Below, one piece after another: positions 57,999 through 64,000 of a stretch of 64,000 nt of DNA. Source of the DNA: Patescibacteria group bacterium UBA5272 (GTDB lineage: Bacteria > Patescibacteriota > Minisyncoccia > Phycocordibacterales > UBA5272); assembly GCA_002408565.1 (NCBI GenBank), contig DHTA01000005.1:178383-242382 (forward strand). The letters run 5' to 3'. Positions within the stretch are counted from its first letter, which is position 1, and every line of letters starts with the position of its first letter. The position numbers and the translations under genes were made by a program. Below the pieces are notes generated by a model. That model was not told the origin of the DNA and did not search any database. It saw nothing but the letters and a program-made list of their open reading frames with translations.

Positions 57999-58077
57999 AC
58001 CTAAAATTATAACAAATGTTAAGAAAATAAAAAACCTCTATTTTAACAATAAATTAAAATAGAGATTAAATAAGTCT

Positions 58078-58287
58078 TTAGTTTTTTTGGCACACTTCAA
58101 TCATTTTTTCAACCAGAAGAGAATCTTCTTTGTTGATTTCTTTATATTTCTCAAAAAAATCATCCAGAGCTTTTTGTTCTTCACAAGAAAGAAAATTTTT
58201 CTCATAATAAGGCCGCATTTTCTTCTCAAGCTCTATTCTTTTTTGAGCTATAATTCCCCTTTCTTCCATTAACTCTTTAAAATTCAT
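58078..58287 (-). CDS. Small orphan coiled-coil protein
   Basis: 69-aa charged ORF with own TTGACT-16-TATACT promoter and a downstream hairpin at ~58029-58067. Confidence 0.6.
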   Translation of the reverse strand: MNFKELMEERGIIAQKRIELEKKMRPYYEKNFLSCEEQKALDDFFEKYKEINKEDSLLVEKMIEVCQKN

Positions 58288-58361
58288 TTTTTCAAATTTT
58301 AAATTGTAAATACTGGCTTTAGTATAAAGAATATTTCAAAAAAGTCAAAAAGTAAGCTTTA

Positions 58362-59336
58362 TTATTCTTCATCATCTGTACCAAATTCTCCTGTAAAATT
58401 TGCTAAAGCTTCTACGATTTCCGTCATCTCTCCAGACATTATTTTTGATAAATTATGCCAAGATTCTTTTATTCTATGGTCAGTAATCCTATCTTGTGGA
58501 AAATTATAAGTTCTAATTTTTTCACTCCTATCCCCTGTTCCAACTTGTTCTCTTTTAGCATCACTACTTTCTTTAGAAAACCTCTCTTCTTCCATTTGAT
58601 CTAATCTAGCTTGCAACATTTCCATAGCTTTCTCTCTGTTCTTTAATTGACTTCTTTCTATAGTACACTTCACAGCAATACCAGTCGGCTTATGAATCAA
58701 ACGAACAGCCGTCTCCACCTTGTTAACATTTTGTCCTCCAGCTCCACCAGAACGAGAAGTTTCCATTTCTATATCAGCTGGATTAATTGTAATTTTTTTA
58801 ATTTTACGAATTGGCATAACGGCTACAGTTACAGTGGAAGTATGAACTCTTCCATTTTTTTCGGTATCAGGAACTCTTTGTACTCGATGTACCCCCATTT
58901 CATATTTAAACAAATCCCAAGCTCGTGAACCCTTGATTTCGAAAGAGACATCCTTATAACCGCCCACATCAGAGACACTCTCGTCTAATTTTTCAAAAGA
59001 GCATCTATTATTAAGAGCAAAGTTTTGATACATATTAGCCAGTTCAGCTGCAAATAAAGAAGACTCATCCCCTCCGGCTCCAGCCGCAATTTCTAAAATT
59101 AAAGATTTTGGCTTCTCTTCCTCTTCTTTATCTTTATCTAAAATTTCAGACATATCTTTCCAAAGAGTTTCTTTTTGAGTGTGAATATTTTTCAACTCAT
59201 CTTCAGCTACCTCTTTTAATTCTTCATCAAATAATAGAGAATTAGCTTCCTCTTCTTTTTTTAAAAGATCTTCATAGGAAGGAAAAATATATTTTGTCTT
59301 ATCATTATTTCTAAAATCTTCTTCTGTGTAAGTCAT
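58362..59336 (-). CDS. prfA: Peptide chain release factor 1 (N-terminally short)
   Basis: [15 protein letters not shown] (PxT motif of RF1), [25 protein letters not shown]. Confidence 0.94.
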   Translation of the reverse strand: MTYTEEDFRNNDKTKYIFPSYEDLLKKEEEANSLLFDEELKEVAEDELKNIHTQKETLWKDMSEILDKDKEEEEKPKSLILEIAAGAGGDESSLFAAELANMYQNFALNNRCSFEKLDESVSDVGGYKDVSFEIKGSRAWDLFKYEMGVHRVQRVPDTEKNGRVHTSTVTVAVMPIRKIKKITINPADIEMETSRSGGAGGQNVNKVETAVRLIHKPTGIAVKCTIERSQLKNREKAMEMLQARLDQMEEERFSKESSDAKREQVGTGDRSEKIRTYNFPQDRITDHRIKESWHNLSKIMSGEMTEIVEALANFTGEFGTDDEE

Positions 59337-59411
59337 ATTTATAAATTTATTATATCGTTAATTACCCAAAATAAAAACACCCGAAAAATACGAATGTTTT
59401 TATTTTGTGAG

Positions 59412-59645
59412 TTAAGCTTTTTTAGTCTTAGCTTTAACTTCTGCCGCTTTAGCAATCTTTTTCTTGAATCTATCCACTCTTCCTGCAGTGTCGAGAACTT
59501 TTTCTTGTCCTGTGTAAAAAGGATGACATTTTGAGCAGATTTCTACCTCTATTTCTTTTTTGGTAGAACCTACTACATATTTAGCACCACAAGCGCAAGT
59601 AGCTACAGCGTCAGCAAAATATTCTCCATGTAAATCTTTTTTCAT
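59412..59645 (-). CDS. rpmE: 50S ribosomal protein L31 (zinc-binding type)
   Basis: MKKDLH...CACG...CSKCHPFYTG...GRVDRF. Confidence 0.95.
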   Translation of the reverse strand: MKKDLHGEYFADAVATCACGAKYVVGSTKKEIEVEICSKCHPFYTGQEKVLDTAGRVDRFKKKIAKAAEVKAKTKKA

Positions 59646-59700
59646 AAATTTAGTTTTTCGTAAGTCTAAAAATATTATCACAAAAAACAAGAAAAATCAA

Positions 59701-60825
59701 CTATATTCTAAATTCTATCACGTCACCATCTTTAACTATATATTCTTTTCCTTCTGTGCGAACTAGCCCTTTTTCTCTAGCCATTTTGTACCCATTAAAT
59801 TCTAATAAATCTCTGCTCGCAACAACTTCGGCTCGAATAAATTTATTTTGAAAATCTGTATGAATAGCAGCAGCCGCTACCGGAGCAGTAGATCCTTTTT
59901 TGAAGGTCCAGCCTCTAGTCTCATCCTCTCCTGTAGTAAAATAAGTTTCCAGCCCAAGCATTTTATAACTTTCAGCAATAAGATTATGAATGCCATCATC
60001 ACAAACACCCCCTCCAGAAATCTCTTGTCTCATGACACTTTTTTCTTCTCCTTCAAAATCTTTTAAATCGTCCTCCACTTTAGCGTCTATTAAACAATAA
60101 TTAAAGTCATTTTCTTTAAAATAATTTAAAAGTTTTATATATCGCTCATCACTCACCTCGTCCAAATTTTTGGCGCCACATTTTTTATTTAAAGCGTACA
60201 TGATTGGCTTCATGGTAATTAAGTGAAGCTCTTTTAAAAATTTCAAAAATTCTTCATCCTTTGCAAGATTTTCTTCCAACAAAATACTTCTGGCTAACTT
60301 TTCACTTTCTAAAATATTTTTCAATTTTAAAAGTAAATCTTTGAACTTGATAGCCTCCTTGTCTCCTTTTTTAACTTCTTTTTCAATAGTTTCCAGCCTT
60401 TTACTCACTGTTGCCAAATCTGCTAAAATTAATTCCATATTAATAATCTGAATGTCTGAAAGTGGATCAATTCTATTTTCCACATGAATCTGTTTGTCAT
60501 CTTCAAAAAGTCTCACAACCTCCAAAATAGCGTCTGTGTCTCGAATATGTTGAAGAAATTTATTTCCAAGCCCAGCCCCTTCACTAGCGCCTTTTACCAA
60601 ACCTGCAATATCTACAAATTCCACTATTGCTGGAATAGTTTTTTTGGAATTACTCATTTTAGAAAGTTGATAAAGACGATTATCTTCTACTTCCACGATT
60701 CCAACCGAAGGATCAATTGTACAAAAAGGATAGTTTTCAGCCGGTACGCTATTTTTTGTTAGCGCGTTAAAAAGTGTACTTTTGCCAACATTTGGCAATC
60801 CGACTATCCCAATAGAGAGTGACAT
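59701..60825 (-). CDS. ychF: Redox-regulated ATPase YchF
   Basis: GIVGLPNVGKSTLFN, NYPFCTIDP, DIAGLV.GA..G.GLGNKFL, EGKEYIVKDGD. Confidence 0.96.
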   Translation of the reverse strand: MSLSIGIVGLPNVGKSTLFNALTKNSVPAENYPFCTIDPSVGIVEVEDNRLYQLSKMSNSKKTIPAIVEFVDIAGLVKGASEGAGLGNKFLQHIRDTDAILEVVRLFEDDKQIHVENRIDPLSDIQIINMELILADLATVSKRLETIEKEVKKGDKEAIKFKDLLLKLKNILESEKLARSILLEENLAKDEEFLKFLKELHLITMKPIMYALNKKCGAKNLDEVSDERYIKLLNYFKENDFNYCLIDAKVEDDLKDFEGEEKSVMRQEISGGGVCDDGIHNLIAESYKMLGLETYFTTGEDETRGWTFKKGSTAPVAAAAIHTDFQNKFIRAEVVASRDLLEFNGYKMAREKGLVRTEGKEYIVKDGDVIEFRI

Positions 60826-60884
60826 AATTTTGTTAAACAGAAAAAATTATATTAAAAGCTATAAAAATAAATTCTGCTTTTATT

Positions 60885-61142
60885 TTATCTAATTACAGTT
60901 TTCTGAACACCAGCTTTTTCAGCTACTTCTTGAAGCTCTTTTTGATATTTCTTCATAACTTCAAAAGAAGCATACATTTCTGGTTTGCCTTTTTTGACTA
61001 ACTCCTTAGTTTCTTTGGCTATTTTTTCAAAAAGTTTTGGATCTTGTTCTACAAGATTGTTAATCATTTCTTTTTGATCTTCTGGTAATTTACGAGTTGC
61101 ATATTTTGCCGCCTCTTTTGTAAAAAATTGTTTTATTCCCAT
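60885..61142 (-). CDS. Small helical hypothetical protein
   Basis: 85-aa ORF with genome-typical codon usage and a TATAAT close upstream. Confidence 0.7.
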   Translation of the reverse strand: MGIKQFFTKEAAKYATRKLPEDQKEMINNLVEQDPKLFEKIAKETKELVKKGKPEMYASFEVMKKYQKELQEVAEKAGVQKTVIR

Positions 61143-61233
61143 ATATTTTGATTATTATACAAAATAAAAACCGTTTTGGAAATCCCTAAAAGGATTAAAG
61201 CTCCTAACGGTTTTTAAAATTTAAAATTAATTG

Positions 61234-61953
61234 TTATTGACTAATTGGAGAAACCCCTAATCTTTGAAGTTCTGCTTCTATTCTAGATTGTATGTCTTCA
61301 GCTGACAATCTTAAGTCCTTCATCTCAAGACCATTCATAAAGACAAAAGGTGTGTGAGTTAAACCTAACTTTTTAGTTTCAGCTAAAGAATCGTTCACCA
61401 CCTTCTGAACTTCTCTGCTATCTCTGTCTAAAATAAATCTGGCCATGTCTAAATCCAAATCTCTTGCATAACCTTCTATTTTACTCTTTGCATCCATAGC
61501 ATTTCCCCAATCATTTTGTTTTTCATACAAAATATCATGCATTTCCCAGAATTTACCCTGATTACCTGCCGCTTCAGCAGATTGAGCCGCCAAAAAAGCG
61601 TTTGGATGAATAGAGGTTAATGGAAAATGTTTATAAGTTAAAGCAAGAGAAGAAGGTCCATATTTTTCTATAATATTTTTATAAACTTCAGGAAACACTT
61701 TTCCAAAACCAGCACAAGCTGGACATTGAAAATCAGAATAGGACACAATTCTGACCTTAGCGTCCAAATCTCCCATTGTTGTTTGTGTATTAGCAACTTT
61801 TCCAACTGACTGAGTGTCACTTTTATTTTTTTGACTAATAAAATAATTCAAACCAAAAAGAACGATAATTATAGTTAAAAGACTACCGACAACCACTACG
61901 GCATTATTTCTTTTTTTGCCATATTGAGAGGAGTGTTTTATTACGTTTGACAT
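61234..61953 (-). CDS. DsbA-family thioredoxin-fold protein
   Basis: TM anchor, YSDFQCPAC, HFPL, GKFWEMHD, HTP cis-Pro loop. Confidence 0.9.
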   Translation of the reverse strand: MSNVIKHSSQYGKKRNNAVVVVGSLLTIIIVLFGLNYFISQKNKSDTQSVGKVANTQTTMGDLDAKVRIVSYSDFQCPACAGFGKVFPEVYKNIIEKYGPSSLALTYKHFPLTSIHPNAFLAAQSAEAAGNQGKFWEMHDILYEKQNDWGNAMDAKSKIEGYARDLDLDMARFILDRDSREVQKVVNDSLAETKKLGLTHTPFVFMNGLEMKDLRLSAEDIQSRIEAELQRLGVSPISQ

Positions 61954-62018
61954 ATTGTTTTTAAAATTATTAGGTATAAAAAGATTATATCACATGAGTG
62001 TTTATAGAAAAGTTTCTC

Positions 62019-63857
62019 TTATCTATCTGGTGGAATTTCGTAATAATTAATTAAAAAATTAACTAGGTTGAAAAAAGATTCTTTTAAGGTTTGAGAAGCA
62101 TATTGAGCACCTCGAGGATCTACTTGATATAAGAAAATTATATATTTTGGATTTGTGGCCGGGAAATACCCAAAGAAAGAGTGAAGATACTTATCTTCAT
62201 AATATTTTTTGGTGATTGGATCTGGTATTTGCGCTGTACCAGTTTTTGCTGCTACAGTATAATTCGGATTTTTTGCATTCATAGCTCCATCCACTACTTC
62301 TGTTAAGATTTTGCTAATTATTTGGCTAGTGGAAGCATTTTTAAAAACTGAAACAGAATCATCTTGAGCTATAACTTTAGTTGTACCATTATCATAACTT
62401 ATACTCTCCACAATATGTGGAGTCACAAGTTTTCCCCCATTACCTAAAACCGCTAAAGCTCTGATGGTCTGAATTGGTGTGGTAGCGATACCTTGTCCAT
62501 AGCCAGCAGTCACCAAATCAATCGCTACTTTTGAATCGAGATTACCAGTCAAACCAGAAGCTTCAGAAGGTAAATCTATGCCTGTGTACTCCCCAAAACC
62601 AAACTCTTTAAAATAATGACTTAAATTATCTCCTCCCATCTTTTGAACTAAAAAAGCAATACCAACATTCAAAGATTCGGAAAGGATTTTTTGTAAAGAA
62701 GTATTTGGACCTCTGGCTCTTTTATCATAATTAGAAATACTGTAACCACTTAAAGTGATAGTTCCAGTGTCATTGTAAGTAGTATTTTCGTCAACCAAAC
62801 CCAAATCTAAAGCCGTAGCCACAGTTAAAGGTTTTATAATAGAACCCATTTCATAAACCCCAGAAATCAAATCGTTATTATAAAAAGCAATATCAGAAAC
62901 CTCCTTGTAATTATTAGGATCAAAAGAAGGAATTTCTTCCATGGCTATAATAGAGCCGTCATTTATATCCATAATAATAGCTCCTGCTTTCTGAGAATTC
63001 CATTTAGTTTTAGCCTCAGCTAAAACTTTAGCTGTGTATCTTTGCACATTTACATCAAGAGTTAAATTGATATCTCCTTCAGAAGAAGCGTATTGAAGCA
63101 TGCGAGATTTTTCTTCAATTTCTGAATCGCTAGAATTGAAATCTGAAAAAACTTCTGCAAAAAAATTAGCGTTTACAAGATTTTTCTTTTCTAAAACATC
63201 ATTATAGTATCTTTCTAATCCATACAAGCCCGTTTTTTTATCTTCAGAAAAGCCTACGAAACCAAAAACTTTAGCTCCGACACCTTTCTCAAAATAAACA
63301 CGACTTTTTTTTCTGTTCACAATAACACCTTTTAATCTTAAAGAGATTATATCGTTAGCAATATTTTCTGGAACATTTTTTAACAGAACTTCATAGCCTG
63401 ACTCAGTGTTGTGCATTTTCTCAAAAAAAGCCTGCCTATCTAAAAATATTACAACTGAAGAACTAGCATTGTCTTTAATAATTTCAGAATTATAATCTTC
63501 AAAAACTTTAGAAATTTTTACATAATAATCATTCTCTAAGGTAGCCAAATTCGACCCTTCACTCATTCTTTTTTGAAAAAACAAATCAATAGTTTTTGGA
63601 TCTATAGCTATATCATATTCGTTAGACATGGCTACTGCAGGAGAAAGTGCCTTGTTTTTATTGGTAAAAAAAATAGACCCTCTGTCAAAATTTTCTCCCG
63701 TATCATAAAAATATTGACTTTCTCCAGCTCTTTTGTATTCTGCTCCATGAATTACTTGTAAATAAAAAAGTCTTACGACAATTAAAATAAAAAATAAAAA
63801 AATAGCCAAAACAAAAATATTTATCCGGTTGTGAATTAATTTATTTTTCTCAGACAT
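62019..63857 (-). CDS. Class B penicillin-binding protein (FtsI/PBP2-like)
   Basis: N-terminal TM, RGSI, GLERYY, SxxK (GSIIK), SLN, KTGTAQ. Confidence 0.92.
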   Translation of the reverse strand: MSEKNKLIHNRINIFVLAIFLFFILIVVRLFYLQVIHGAEYKRAGESQYFYDTGENFDRGSIFFTNKNKALSPAVAMSNEYDIAIDPKTIDLFFQKRMSEGSNLATLENDYYVKISKVFEDYNSEIIKDNASSSVVIFLDRQAFFEKMHNTESGYEVLLKNVPENIANDIISLRLKGVIVNRKKSRVYFEKGVGAKVFGFVGFSEDKKTGLYGLERYYNDVLEKKNLVNANFFAEVFSDFNSSDSEIEEKSRMLQYASSEGDINLTLDVNVQRYTAKVLAEAKTKWNSQKAGAIIMDINDGSIIAMEEIPSFDPNNYKEVSDIAFYNNDLISGVYEMGSIIKPLTVATALDLGLVDENTTYNDTGTITLSGYSISNYDKRARGPNTSLQKILSESLNVGIAFLVQKMGGDNLSHYFKEFGFGEYTGIDLPSEASGLTGNLDSKVAIDLVTAGYGQGIATTPIQTIRALAVLGNGGKLVTPHIVESISYDNGTTKVIAQDDSVSVFKNASTSQIISKILTEVVDGAMNAKNPNYTVAAKTGTAQIPDPITKKYYEDKYLHSFFGYFPATNPKYIIFLYQVDPRGAQYASQTLKESFFNLVNFLINYYEIPPDR

Positions 63858-63865
63858 ATCACCTC

Positions 63866-64000
63866 CTATTGGTTAAAATTTTCTAGATCATTAGTGTTGG
63901 TGGTATTTTCGTATAAAAAAGAAAAACTTGCCGCCGCATCTTTTCTGATAGCAAAATTATTATTATTGGCTTCTACAAAACCATTTTTTAAAGCATATTC
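63866..64000 (-). CDS. 3' end of an upstream ORF (position suggests FtsL-like; partial)
   Basis: Open frame EYALKNGFVEANNNNFAIRKD...ENFNQ* ending just before the PBP gene. Identity is inferred from synteny only. Confidence 0.5.
   Translation of the reverse strand, partial: EYALKNGFVEANNNNFAIRKDAAASFSFLYENTTNTNDLENFNQ

Noticed and set aside
1-64000. Alternative genetic code (TGA=Gly, code 25)
   Set aside because: Long conserved genes are intact under code 11, with no in-frame TGA interruptions.

Overview
Very AT-rich bacterial chromosomal DNA read with the standard code (TGG=Trp; TAA/TAG/TGA stops). The gene repertoire and protein styles point to a Patescibacteria/CPR (Parcubacteria-like) genome; this is an inference from shortened SMC, Rel and RF1, tRNAs without encoded CCA, class II RNR and a sigma4/HTH protein. 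The window is mostly housekeeping: uppP, smc, topA, rel, parB, miaA, gatB, obgE, rpoD, dnaG, rpoBC, mnmA, mltG, leuS, a partial suf cluster, uvrAB, tgt, pentose-phosphate genes, nrdJ, gap, a two-component pair, prfA, rpmE, ychF, an FtsI-like PBP, and 5 tRNAs. I found no CRISPR array, transposase, integrase or prophage. The most notable unexplained signals are: (1) an unannotated ~195-nt RNA-like unit at 2378-2575 with its own sigma70 promoter and two long UUCG-capped hairpins; (2) an intact split transketolase that has lost the canonical catalytic and TPP-binding motifs; (3) a series of self-contained orphan gene cassettes, most with a boxA-like leader motif; (4) a ~200-nt structured rpoB leader in a genome that otherwise looks largely leaderless and Shine-Dalgarno-free. 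All calls come from reading the sequence by eye; no searches were run.
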